Assembly (NCBI GenBank): GCA_963716725.1
Contig: CAVQUB010000011.1
Span: 416,001 to 480,000, forward strand
Direction of reading: 5' to 3'
Source: an uncultured delta proteobacterium
GTDB taxonomy: Bacteria > Myxococcota_A > Polyangia > Polyangiales > Polyangiaceae
DNA: 64,000 nt
How positions within the stretch are numbered: position 1 is the first letter of the stretch; every line of letters starts with the position of its first letter. The notes under the pieces were generated by a model, which saw only the letters and a program-made list of their open reading frames with translations, was not told the origin of the DNA and did no database searches. The position numbers were made by a program, and so were the translations under genes. Positions 30,224 through 39,941 of this stretch are shown in pieces.

Positions 30224-31183
30224 TCAGCGGTACTCCGCCGCGATCTTCATCTCGAGCAGGCCCTTGCCCGCGACCTTGCGCTTGGGTTTGTCGCCCGGCG
30301 CCGAAACGGTGACCTGACCGCGGAGCACGAGCTCGAGGGGCCATCCACTGTCGAGCAGCAAGAGCACCGCTCCCTTCGCTTGGATGGTAGTCGTGGCCCC
30401 CTGGCGGCTGTCCGTGATGGTCATCGTGAACTCGAACTTGCCGACCTTCTTGCCAGCGCGTTCTTCGGCGCCGACAAAGGTGAACTCAACGTCGCCGTAG
30501 CTCTTGTCGCCGGCGCCGTCGCCAGCACCGAACATCTCGGCCAGCACCTCCTTGGGCGGTGTGAACTTTTCGCCCGGTGCCAGCGGATGCTTGGGCACGA
30601 AGCTGGCGAACTGGGGCGGCTTGCCGAACTCCTTGTTGTCCTCGAGCAGAGCCTCGCGCTCGACGTCGCTGACGGCCTTGCTGTCGGCCGCGGTGATCAG
30701 CACCTTGCCCTGCTCGAGGGAGATCACGTAGCTCTTGCCCGTGAGCGGGCTGGGGATGCGCTGCTCGCGGTCGCCCTTCTTGACGATCTGGTTCAGCTCT
30801 TCGTAGCGGACCTTCTTCTTGGTGATGGCGCGACCGTCGTTGGCCATCACCGTCGTGTGCCGTAGCTTGCTCTTACCCTCGCCGCTCTTCTCGGTGGCGA
30901 TGACCTTCGCGCCCTCGGTCATGGTAATTTCTAGACCGAGCACGAAGCTCTCGCGATCGACGCGCTCACTGCCGGGTTTGGGCAGGACGAAGGTGAAGCG
31001 GGTCTTGCCGTCGGTCGTGGGCTCCGGCGAGTCAGCGGCGGCCGGCGCCGCGGAAACGGTCGCCGGGGTGGACCCGGGCTCTTGGCCAGCGGCGGGGCTC
31101 GAAGGCGGAGCCTGGCCGGCACAGGCGAAGGACATCGATAGCACCGAGAATGTAGCGAGAAGAGCGCTGCGCATGCGGGCCAC
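30224..31183 (-). CDS. hypothetical lipoprotein
   Basis: Lipobox SFAC, Pro/Ala linker and a beta-rich domain. Confidence 0.75.
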   Translation of the reverse strand: MARMRSALLATFSVLSMSFACAGQAPPSSPAAGQEPGSTPATVSAAPAAADSPEPTTDGKTRFTFVLPKPGSERVDRESFVLGLEITMTEGAKVIATEKSGEGKSKLRHTTVMANDGRAITKKKVRYEELNQIVKKGDREQRIPSPLTGKSYVISLEQGKVLITAADSKAVSDVEREALLEDNKEFGKPPQFASFVPKHPLAPGEKFTPPKEVLAEMFGAGDGAGDKSYGDVEFTFVGAEERAGKKVGKFEFTMTITDSRQGATTTIQAKGAVLLLLDSGWPLELVLRGQVTVSAPGDKPKRKVAGKGLLEMKIAAEYR

Positions 31184-31231
31184 GCTAACTCCCCGAGCAC
31201 ACGGTCGCCACCCTGACGTTATCCTGCGCGC

Positions 31232-32488
31232 ATGCGAGCTTGGTTTTCACTCTTGGCGCTCGGACTCCTCTGCTCCTGTGGCAAGGAGGACGCAGCAGGG
31301 TCGAAGGAAGGCGACGCCGGGGGCATCGAGTGGTGCCCTGCCAGCGGCGTCAGCAAGGGTCCTTGGGTGATGCAGGTCGACGAGACCAACGCGCTGTTGC
31401 GTTGGGAGGCCTGCCGCGCGGGCACGTCGAGCGCGGTGTCGTGGGGCACCGAAGCTGCGGCGCTCGACCAGAAGGCGCAGGGCACGGAGACGGCCGTGCA
31501 GATCCCAGTCACATACTTGGCGGGACTCGCGACCCTGCAACCCCAAGATCTCGAAGGCACCTACTACATGCACGACGTCGCGCTCGGCGGGCTCGAGGCG
31601 GGCAAGTGCTATCGCTACGCGCTCGGTCAGGACGGTGCGCGACAAGGGCGCTTCTGCACCGCGCGGCCCAGCGGCGCCGGCTACTCGATCATGGCCATCG
31701 GCGACACCAACCCCGGGCTCGGTGAGCACACCGTCAAGCTGCTGGAGGTCGCCGGCAAAGCTGGCTACGACCTGACGCTGCACGCGGGGGACATCCAGTA
31801 CTACGCTTCGGGGCTCGAGTCGTGGCAACACTGGTTCGGCCTGATGGCGCCGATGTTCGCGAATGGCGCGTTCTTACCTGCGGCCGGCAATCACGAATAC
31901 GAACGGCCCGAAGAGTACGACCTGTACTACCAACGCTTCTGGGACAAGGCCGGTTTCGACGGCCAGGACGCCCACTTTCGCGCCCAGTCCGGCGGCGTCT
32001 GGTTCTTCTTCTTGAACACCGAGAGCGACTTCGCCCCCGGCTCGGCGCAGTTTGCGTGGTTCGAGACCCAGTTGGCCGACGCGGCCCAGAAGCCCGGATA
32101 CCGGGCCAGCATCGTCACCATGCACCGGCCCTTGCTCACCTGTGGCGACACCAGCCAGTCTGACGACGCGCGCGCCGCGCTCCAGCCCATGTTCGAGAAG
32201 CACGGCGTGAAGCTGGTGGTGCAAGGGCACATGCACGGGTACGAACGCTTCGAAGTTCCGACCAGCGCCGATCCGACCCGGACCGTCACCTATCTGACCG
32301 TGGGCGGCGGCGGCGGCTCCATCGGAGACGTCGACGAGAACGCCGACCGTCCGACCTGCGCCATGCGCAAGAGCTCGGGGGCGTTCTTCCAGGTGACGAT
32401 GCTCGAAGTCGGTGCGAATTCCATCAAGGGGCGCACGCTCGACGAGACCGGCGCCGAGCGCGATGCCTTCGAGCAACCCCTGCCCTGA
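31232..32488 (+). CDS. purple-acid-phosphatase-like metallophosphoesterase lipoprotein
   Basis: IGD, AGDIQY, GNHE, MHRP and GHMHGYER motifs. FN3-like N-terminal domain and lipobox LCSC. Confidence 0.9.
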   Translation: MRAWFSLLALGLLCSCGKEDAAGSKEGDAGGIEWCPASGVSKGPWVMQVDETNALLRWEACRAGTSSAVSWGTEAAALDQKAQGTETAVQIPVTYLAGLATLQPQDLEGTYYMHDVALGGLEAGKCYRYALGQDGARQGRFCTARPSGAGYSIMAIGDTNPGLGEHTVKLLEVAGKAGYDLTLHAGDIQYYASGLESWQHWFGLMAPMFANGAFLPAAGNHEYERPEEYDLYYQRFWDKAGFDGQDAHFRAQSGGVWFFFLNTESDFAPGSAQFAWFETQLADAAQKPGYRASIVTMHRPLLTCGDTSQSDDARAALQPMFEKHGVKLVVQGHMHGYERFEVPTSADPTRTVTYLTVGGGGGSIGDVDENADRPTCAMRKSSGAFFQVTMLEVGANSIKGRTLDETGAERDAFEQPLP

Positions 32489-32489
32489 G

Positions 32490-34502
32490 TCAGAGCGTCG
32501 CGTCGAACTTCAGGGTCGAGGTGCGCTGGCGAAGCTCGGCGTCGAGGGTCTGCTTCTCGCGCCGGGCTTGCTCGAGCTCCGCGCTCAGGCGAGCGAGCGC
32601 GTCTTCGTCGCGAGTCAGATCGGCGACGTAGCGCTCGCGCAGGCGTTGTTCGTCCCGCGAGTCGCGTAGCGACGACAGGTTCTCGCGCACGCGGGCCTGT
32701 TTCTCGCCAATTTCGTTGATTTGCACCTGCAGCTCCCCCTGGCGCCGCGTGGACTCGGCGACGCGCTCGTTCAGCGAAACGATCTCGCCAAGCGCCTCGT
32801 GTGCTGCCGGACTCAGGTAGCGGCTGGCAACCCAGACCTTGAGCTGGTCGCGCGTGGTGTGGGTCAGGTACACGCTCTCCCATTGGTCCCCCTGCTCGGT
32901 GACGACGAAGCGGGTCTCACCCTTGGCCGACGCGTCGAAACGGAAGCGCTGGAAGCTCTCCGTCGTCTCGAGAGGCTTCGGCGTGTCGACCAGCTTCCAC
33001 TGGGGCTCGAAGCGATGTTCGAGAAATAGATCCATGACGGCGGCGGTCTTGTTCGTGACCCGGTAGATGGTACGCGCGATCTTGTAGCGCAAGAGATGAA
33101 GCACTCCGTTGACGATGCGCACGGCGTTCACGTCTCTCACGTCGCTCTCGTGATCGACGGCGACCACGCAGCCGAGCTCCACCGAGTAGGGCACCAGGCG
33201 CTTCTCGCCGGGCTTCATGGTTTCGAGCATGGACTCGCCGACGTAGTCCTCGTTCTCGAGCACCGTCAGCGGCCCGCCTTCGAGCGTCAACCCGGTGGTG
33301 TTCTCGAGCCAGATGGCCGAGAGCGGGTTCTTGTCACGCACGTCGGGGTTGTAGATGGCCACCCGCTTGCCGCTGAGCGCCGCCGCGAGGATCGGCACCA
33401 GCGCCGACTGGTTGCGCTTCACCGTCACCGGCCGATCCAAGACGTACTGGAAGAGATCGCCCACCTCTACCGTGCGGGTCTGCACTTGCACGCTGCGCTC
33501 GCGCGCCTGCGATCGCTGCGCGGGCGACGGCGGCCCCATGGCCGCGGGGGCGGGGGCTGCGCGGGCCATGCCCGGCATGGGGGGAGGCGGCGGTGGGCGG
33601 TGCATGGCCGGCGCCGCACCGCGGGAAAAGGCCATCGCCTCGTCGGCCGCTCCCGCGGTCTCGTACGCAGCCTGCTCCAAGATCGGCGGCGCGTAGGCCT
33701 CTTCCTCTCGAACCTCGACCACGGGGCGCCGGCGATGGCGGGGTGCATAGAGGTCGTGAACGAAGGAGATGGGCAGGCCCGCGACCAAGGTCAGCGCGAC
33801 GTCGTCCCAGTCCTCGTCCTGAGTGTTGTCGACGAGGGCCCAACCTTGGATGCGGGTCTCGGACTGGCCGAGCATCACCCGGTACGAGGTCTTCCAGACC
33901 GGGGTCTCCACGACGTAGCTCGCCTGCACGGGCCGAGAGCCGTCACCGCGGGCGAAGATCGTGAGGCGCTTCAGATCCTTCTTCTTGGCGCCGATCAGGA
34001 TCTCGAGCAGGTGCTGCAGATCCTTGCGCAGCCCTTCGTCGAGGAAATCGAGCGATTTGACCTCAGTCAACTCGAAGGTTCGGAGGCTCGAGCCGCCCAC
34101 CAGCAACACCAACTGGTGCTCGTGTAGGGAATCGTCGCCTGCCTTGCGCCAGCGCGTCTCGATGCCGGCGACCACGCCCTCGACGCGGTCGCTGCCCGCG
34201 ACCACCGCCACGCGCGCGCCCTTCACTTGCTCGAGCAAGCCGCTCAAGCTGTTGCCTTCGGGGAGCCGGATCGCCACGTCTTCCAGGCGCTTTTCCGTGG
34301 GCAAGGTCGATTCGTAGCTGATACTCGCGATGTGTCCCTCGCCGAGATCCAAGACCGTGAGGGACTTCAGCACGTCGTTCATCTCGGCGGCCTTGAAGGC
34401 GAGGTCGATGCTGGTGTCGCCCTCGACGTTTCCCTCGCGTTCGAAATATCCCACACCGTGCTTGAACAGGACCACCCGGCGGATCGGCAAGACATTCGTC
34501 AT
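32490..34502 (-). CDS. DUF4139-like protein
   Basis: VVLFKHGVGYFER, DVLKSL, PVWKTSYR and QGWALVDN...EDW motifs, with a C-terminal coiled coil. Confidence 0.75.
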   Translation of the reverse strand: MTNVLPIRRVVLFKHGVGYFEREGNVEGDTSIDLAFKAAEMNDVLKSLTVLDLGEGHIASISYESTLPTEKRLEDVAIRLPEGNSLSGLLEQVKGARVAVVAGSDRVEGVVAGIETRWRKAGDDSLHEHQLVLLVGGSSLRTFELTEVKSLDFLDEGLRKDLQHLLEILIGAKKKDLKRLTIFARGDGSRPVQASYVVETPVWKTSYRVMLGQSETRIQGWALVDNTQDEDWDDVALTLVAGLPISFVHDLYAPRHRRRPVVEVREEEAYAPPILEQAAYETAGAADEAMAFSRGAAPAMHRPPPPPPMPGMARAAPAPAAMGPPSPAQRSQARERSVQVQTRTVEVGDLFQYVLDRPVTVKRNQSALVPILAAALSGKRVAIYNPDVRDKNPLSAIWLENTTGLTLEGGPLTVLENEDYVGESMLETMKPGEKRLVPYSVELGCVVAVDHESDVRDVNAVRIVNGVLHLLRYKIARTIYRVTNKTAAVMDLFLEHRFEPQWKLVDTPKPLETTESFQRFRFDASAKGETRFVVTEQGDQWESVYLTHTTRDQLKVWVASRYLSPAAHEALGEIVSLNERVAESTRRQGELQVQINEIGEKQARVRENLSSLRDSRDEQRLRERYVADLTRDEDALARLSAELEQARREKQTLDAELRQRTSTLKFDATL

Positions 34503-34538
34503 GGCGCCCGGAGGGTAACATTGGGCTATGCTGACTGC

Positions 34539-35045
34539 ATGAGAGGCTCGGTCCTGTTTGTGATCGTGGCGTGCCTCGGGGGTTGCAGTGCGAGCAGTGG
34601 CGGAGGAGGCGCCGGGGGCGCGGGCGGCGGCGGGGGTCAGGGAGCAACCCCGGGCGCGGGCTCCGGTGGGGGCGGCTCCGGAGGGGGCGGCTCCGGCACG
34701 GGCGCGACGGGCGCCGGGGCCGGCGAGATCGGTGAACCTTGCAGCTCGAACGCCGACTGCACGGCGGTCGCGGGGGCAGAGTGCTTCACCACCATCGGCG
34801 GGGGCCCCGTTCCGACGGTGACCTTTCCGGGCGGGTTCTGCTCGAAGGCCTGCGACACGCAGTCGAGCGACAAGGAGTGCGGCGAAGTCGCCGGCTGCGC
34901 ATCGATCGGACAGTCCGGCGGTGGCGCAAGCACGACGCTCACCATCTGCTCGCCGCCCTGCGCCTCGGACGCGGAGTGCCGCCAGTCCGAAGGGTACAAA
35001 TGCTTTCAGATCATCCCGGGCTTCGGGGTGTGCACGCCGCCCTAG
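34539..35045 (+). CDS. small Gly/Cys-rich lipoprotein
   Basis: Lipobox LGGC, Gly linker and an FPGGFCSKAC...CASDAECR Cys domain. Confidence 0.75.
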   Translation: MRGSVLFVIVACLGGCSASSGGGGAGGAGGGGGQGATPGAGSGGGGSGGGGSGTGATGAGAGEIGEPCSSNADCTAVAGAECFTTIGGGPVPTVTFPGGFCSKACDTQSSDKECGEVAGCASIGQSGGGASTTLTICSPPCASDAECRQSEGYKCFQIIPGFGVCTPP

Positions 35046-35071
35046 CCGGGCGAGCGCGCTGAGGAGATTAG

Positions 35072-38000
35072 ATGAACACCATCCGCAGATCGCGAATCAC
35101 GCTCGTATTTGCTGCACTCGTCGCCCTGAGCTGCGGAGGCAATCCCGAGGTGAACAACTCCAACACCGGTGGAGCCGGAGCGTTGGGTGGTAGCGGTGGG
35201 CTCTCGGGCAGCGGCGGGAGCGGCGGGAGCGGCGGAGGGATAGTCGTCGACAGCGGATCGGACGCGAGCGGAGGGGCGGGCGGCTGCAGCGACTGTGACG
35301 CAGCGCCGGTGTGCGGCGACGGCGTCATCGAAACGCCGGAGCTGTGCGACGACGGCAACGCCACGCCCGGCGACGGCTGCTCGGGCGTGTGCGCCATCGA
35401 GCCGGGGTACAGCTGTCTCAGCCCGGGCCAGCCCTGCGTCCCGGTCGCCGCCGTGTGCGGCGACGGCCTGATCAGCGGCAGCGAGGCCTGCGACGACGGC
35501 AACGCCACACCCGGCGATGGCTGCTCGGCGACCTGCAACGTGGAGCAGGGTTACGCCTGCTCCACCCCGGGAAAGCCCTGCACTCCGGTGACCACCGCGA
35601 AGTGCGGCGACGGCGCGGTGAACACCGGTGAGCAATGTGACGACGGCAACGCCACGCCGGGCGACGGATGCGACGGAGCGTGTCAGCTCGAGGCCGGATG
35701 GCTGTGCCCAACGCCGGGCCAACCCTGTGCAAAGAACGAGTACTGCGGGGACTCGATCGTGCAACCGACCAAGGGCGAGACCTGCGACGACGGCAACGCC
35801 ACGCCGGGCGACGGATGCTCCGGCGTGTGCGCGACCGAACCGGGATATTCGTGCATCAACCCCGGCAAGCCCTGCGTGCTGATCTGGGTGTGCGGGAACG
35901 GCAAGGTCGATCCGGGCGAGAGCTGCGACGACGGCAATACGAGCGCGGCGGACGGCTGCAGCGCCGACTGCACGCAGGTCGAGCCCGGGCACACCTGTCC
36001 GCCGACGGGCGGGCCTTGCTCCAAGGTTCCGCCAAACACCTGCGGAGACGGCATCGTCGCTGGGCTCGAGCAGTGCGACGACGGCAACACCGCGTCGAAC
36101 GACGGCTGCTCGACGACCTGCGCGGCCGAGCCGGGCTACAACTGCCCGACGCCCGGCAAGCTGTGCGTGCCCGTCGCGGTCTGCGGCAACAAGCTGCTCG
36201 AGGCCGGTGAGGGCTGCGACGACGGCAATACGACCGCGGGCGACGGCTGCGGGGTCAGCTGCCAGATCGAGCCGCTGTTCACCTGCCCGACGCCGGGTCA
36301 GCCCTGCGTGTCCACCGTCAAGTGCGGCGACTCCGTGGTGGCGGGCACGGAGCTGTGCGACGACGGCAACACCGTCTCGGCGGACGGGTGCAGCTCGACC
36401 TGCATGCTCGAGGCAGGATGGACCTGCCCGAACGCCGGAGCCAAATGCATCGCCAAGCAGTGCGGGGACGGCATCGTCGCGGGCCTGGAGCAGTGCGACG
36501 ACGGCAACCCAGCCTCGAACGACGGCTGCAGCAGCGCCTGCAAGCTCGAGGTCGGCTGGGCCTGCGTGCTGTCGGGCCAGAAGAGCGTGTGCCACCCGAC
36601 GGTGTGCGGCGACTCGATCAAGGAAGGCTTCGAGCAGTGCGACGACGGCAACAAGATCCCGTACGACGGCTGCTCGCCCTACTGCAAGGTCGACCCCGCC
36701 TGCGCCAACGGCCAGTGCACTCCGGTCTGCGGCGACGGCCTGAAGTTCCCGCAAGAAGGCTGCGATGACGGCAACAAGCAGAGCGGCGACGGCTGCTCGT
36801 CGACCTGCATCGTGGAGAACGGCTGGAGCTGCCAGGTGGTGACACAAGCGCCACCCAACCAGCTCGACATTCCGATCCTCTACCGCGACTTCCTGTACTA
36901 CGGCACGACCTCGCCGGGACCCGGGCACCCGGACTTCGAGCGCTACGGTTGCGCGACGCCAACGACGGCGCTGGTGCAGAGCACGCTGGGGACCGACGGC
37001 AAGCCGGTCTTCGCGTCCACGACAGGTGTGGGCGCGTGCGGCGTTCAGCTCACGGACGCAACGTCGTTCTGCTGGTGGTACCACGAGACAGGCTGCGCGG
37101 CGGGAGCGAACCCCTACTCCAAGCTGGTCTACACGACCAACGGACTGCCGACCGGATCGCCCACCCTGCTCACGTTGCTGAAGGGCACCGGCAACACCTA
37201 CCAGTTCAGCAGCTCGGCGTTCTTGCCGGTGAACAACCTCGGATGGGGCAACGCGCAGAACTACAACGGGGGCAACTTCGCCTTCACCAGCGAGCTGCGC
37301 TACGTGTTCACCTATCAGGGTGGCTCTACGCCCGAGGTCTTCGACTTCACCGGGGACGACGACGTCTGGGTCTTCATCAACGGCAAGCTCGCCGTCGACC
37401 TGGGCGGGTTGCACCCGCCCCAGAACGGCAGCATCACGCTGAACGCCGCCGCGGCGACCACCCTCGGCCTGACCGTCGGCGGCATGTACGAGATCGCGCT
37501 GTTCCAGGCCGAAAGGCACACCACCGGCTCGAACTACAAGCTCACGCTCAGCAACTTCGTGCACGCCATCTCGCAGTGCACGACCTTCTGCGGCGACGGA
37601 GTGGTCGCCGGCACCGAGGTCTGCGACGACGGCACCGCCAACAACACCGGCGCCTACGGCAAGTGCAACCAGAACTGCACGCGGGGGCCCTTCTGCGGCG
37701 ACGCGAGCGTGCAAGCGCCGCCCGAGACCTGCGACAACGGGAGCAACACGGTCACCTACGGCGGCAGCAGCCAGCAGTGCGGGCCCGGCTGCAAGTACGC
37801 GCCGTACTGCGGCGATGCGTTGGTCTCCAACGGCGAGCAGTGTGACAACGGCACCGCCAACAACACCGGCGCCTACGGCAAATGCGGCCCCGGCTGCACC
37901 CTGGGACCGCGCTGCGGCGACAGCGCTCTGCAAGCGGGCAACGGTGAAGAGTGCGACGATGGCGCGAGCAACGGCGCCACCAGCAGCGCCTGCAGCGCCA

Positions 38001-38851
38001 CTTGCAAGCTGAAGTGCGGCAACGGAGCCCCCGATCCCGGTGAGGAGTGCGATGACGGCACGGCTGGCAACACCGGTGGCTACGGCAAGTGCAACCCAAA
38101 CTGCACCTCCGGTCCGCGCTGCGGCGACGGCGTGAAGAACGGCAGCGAGCAGTGCGACGACGGCAAGAACGACGGCAGCTACGGCAGCTGCGCCCCCGGC
38201 TGTGTGCTGGCCAACTACTGCGGCGACGCCAAGCTCACGAACCCGCCCGAGACCTGCGATCAGGGCCCGAGCAACAGCGCCTCGGCCTACGGCAGCGGGC
38301 TGTGCACCAACGCCTGCATGCCGGCGCCCTTCTGCGGCAACAAAGCGGTCGACGGCGCCTTCGGCGAGCAGTGCGACGACGGCAAGAACAACGGCCAGGC
38401 CGGCTCGTGCAGCTCGGACTGCAAGAAGCACATCCCGCTGCAGAGCTGCGGCGACGGCACGGTGCAGCCGCCGGAGGAGTGCGACAAGGGCTCGGCCAAC
38501 GGGTCTCAGGCCAGCGGCTGCGATCTGCACTGCCACCTGCGCTGCGGCAACGGAGTCAAAGACAGCGGCGAGCAGTGCGACAACGGGGTCAACGACGGCA
38601 GCTACGGCAGCTGTAACCCCGACTGCACGCTGCCGGGGTATTGCGGCGACGGCATCAAGAACGGGCCAGAGAAGTGCGACAACGGCACCGCCAACGCGCC
38701 GCCGGGCTCAGCCTACGGCGGCGGAGTCTGCACCACGAGCTGCCAGTGGGGGCCCTTCTGCGGCGACGGCTACGTGCAGGGCTCCTTCGGCGAGCAGTGC
38801 GACGGCACCAGCGGCTGCAACTCGAGCTGCAAGTGGAGCAACCCGAAGTAG
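35072..38851 (+). CDS. myxobacterial Cys-rich repeat (DUF4215-type) lipoprotein with central fibro-slime/PA14 domain
   Basis: About 23 CG(D/N)...CDxG repeats. YRDF..HPDFE, NFAFTSE, FTGDDDVWVFINGKLAVDLGGLH and FQAERH fibro-slime motifs. SD GAGGAG upstream. Confidence 0.9.
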   Translation: MNTIRRSRITLVFAALVALSCGGNPEVNNSNTGGAGALGGSGGLSGSGGSGGSGGGIVVDSGSDASGGAGGCSDCDAAPVCGDGVIETPELCDDGNATPGDGCSGVCAIEPGYSCLSPGQPCVPVAAVCGDGLISGSEACDDGNATPGDGCSATCNVEQGYACSTPGKPCTPVTTAKCGDGAVNTGEQCDDGNATPGDGCDGACQLEAGWLCPTPGQPCAKNEYCGDSIVQPTKGETCDDGNATPGDGCSGVCATEPGYSCINPGKPCVLIWVCGNGKVDPGESCDDGNTSAADGCSADCTQVEPGHTCPPTGGPCSKVPPNTCGDGIVAGLEQCDDGNTASNDGCSTTCAAEPGYNCPTPGKLCVPVAVCGNKLLEAGEGCDDGNTTAGDGCGVSCQIEPLFTCPTPGQPCVSTVKCGDSVVAGTELCDDGNTVSADGCSSTCMLEAGWTCPNAGAKCIAKQCGDGIVAGLEQCDDGNPASNDGCSSACKLEVGWACVLSGQKSVCHPTVCGDSIKEGFEQCDDGNKIPYDGCSPYCKVDPACANGQCTPVCGDGLKFPQEGCDDGNKQSGDGCSSTCIVENGWSCQVVTQAPPNQLDIPILYRDFLYYGTTSPGPGHPDFERYGCATPTTALVQSTLGTDGKPVFASTTGVGACGVQLTDATSFCWWYHETGCAAGANPYSKLVYTTNGLPTGSPTLLTLLKGTGNTYQFSSSAFLPVNNLGWGNAQNYNGGNFAFTSELRYVFTYQGGSTPEVFDFTGDDDVWVFINGKLAVDLGGLHPPQNGSITLNAAAATTLGLTVGGMYEIALFQAERHTTGSNYKLTLSNFVHAISQCTTFCGDGVVAGTEVCDDGTANNTGAYGKCNQNCTRGPFCGDASVQAPPETCDNGSNTVTYGGSSQQCGPGCKYAPYCGDALVSNGEQCDNGTANNTGAYGKCGPGCTLGPRCGDSALQAGNGEECDDGASNGATSSACSATCKLKCGNGAPDPGEECDDGTAGNTGGYGKCNPNCTSGPRCGDGVKNGSEQCDDGKNDGSYGSCAPGCVLANYCGDAKLTNPPETCDQGPSNSASAYGSGLCTNACMPAPFCGNKAVDGAFGEQCDDGKNNGQAGSCSSDCKKHIPLQSCGDGTVQPPEECDKGSANGSQASGCDLHCHLRCGNGVKDSGEQCDNGVNDGSYGSCNPDCTLPGYCGDGIKNGPEKCDNGTANAPPGSAYGGGVCTTSCQWGPFCGDGYVQGSFGEQCDGTSGCNSSCKWSNPK

Positions 38852-38921
38852 GGCCGCAGGACGCGGCCCTCATCCGACGTTGGCACGTGGGCGGCACGTA
38901 TGGGCAGGTCGGCGTGGCGGA

Positions 38922-39647
38922 TCAGTTGAGCGTGAGCTTGATCGACACGTAGTTAGTTTGATTCGGCGGCGTCAATGAAACCGGTCCCGAACCCGTGGCG
39001 AAGTCGATGCCCATGCTGGGCCCCGGAGGCCAGATCAGCTTCGAAGAGTCCTCTTCCGTGATCTCCAACATCAACCGGTACTGCCCGTCCGCGACGGGTT
39101 GATGGTTGACGTCGGTGCAGTCCCAGTCTGCGAAGCGCGCGCCGTGACTGGTCGAGGTCGCCGCTGTGATGGCATCTACCTTGTTGCCCTTGGACGCGGC
39201 GTTCCATTTCATCAGGTTAACGATGCGCTTGCCCGCCCACACTCTGAGCGACTTCACGAACTGGCCGGAGGCGGTCGTGACCCACACCGCGCCAATGTTC
39301 TTGGGAGAGTACTTGCCGTGGTACGTGAGCGTCGTGAACTCGACGTGCATCGCGCACGGGCCGCTCGACGTGCCACCGCCGGAACCGCCTCCGCCACTCG
39401 ACCCGCCCTGAGCCACGCCGCCACCCCCGGGAGAACCCGCGGCCGCGGCACTGCCCCCCGAGCCTGCGGAGCCCCCAAAACTGCCGCCCCCTTCTCCGCC
39501 GCCCCCGGCGGGCTGACCTCCGGCGCCTGCCACACCGGCGCCCCCGAGTTCGTGACTCGGCGTCCAAAACGCAGGGTCGCCTTCGGCCACGGCGCAACCG
39601 GTCACAATCACCACCGCGAAGGTGGCAGCTTGGGGTCTGAAGGCCAT
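38922..39647 (-). CDS. DUF2271-domain lipoprotein
   Basis: AVWVTTASGQFVKSL...VDAITAAT...WD...DGQY pattern, lipobox VTGC and a Gly linker. Confidence 0.75.
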   Translation of the reverse strand: MAFRPQAATFAVVIVTGCAVAEGDPAFWTPSHELGGAGVAGAGGQPAGGGGEGGGSFGGSAGSGGSAAAAGSPGGGGVAQGGSSGGGGSGGGTSSGPCAMHVEFTTLTYHGKYSPKNIGAVWVTTASGQFVKSLRVWAGKRIVNLMKWNAASKGNKVDAITAATSTSHGARFADWDCTDVNHQPVADGQYRLMLEITEEDSSKLIWPPGPSMGIDFATGSGPVSLTPPNQTNYVSIKLTLN

Positions 39648-39671
39648 GGCACGCGGCGCCCGAACGCGGCT

Positions 39672-39932
39672 ATGCTCCCCCACCTTCTCTTGCTGGTCAA
39701 CCTCTCCCGCATAGCGCGACCGCGGCTGATTCTCGTCGCACTGAGTCTCGCAGCCTTCGCAGCATTCGCAGCGGGGTGCAGCAACGTGGCGGCCTATCAG
39801 CGTCAGCGCCTGGCGCATCCCACCATGACCTCCTCATTCGGTCAGAGCGACGCTTTGGCGCACGTTCGTGCCGTGCAAGAAGGTGCCATCGGCGGTGAGA
39901 TGGGCGCCTCCTCCGGCTGCGGCTGCAACTAG
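39672..39932 (+). CDS. DUF4266-domain lipoprotein
   Basis: AAGC lipobox, VAAYQRQRLAHPTM and the C-terminal GCGCN signature. Confidence 0.85.
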   Translation: MLPHLLLLVNLSRIARPRLILVALSLAAFAAFAAGCSNVAAYQRQRLAHPTMTSSFGQSDALAHVRAVQEGAIGGEMGASSGCGCN

Positions 39933-39941
39933 GCGTTTCAG

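Noticed and set aside
35042..38536. 1164-aa minus-strand ORF
   Set aside because: Antisense shadow of the Cys-repeat gene.
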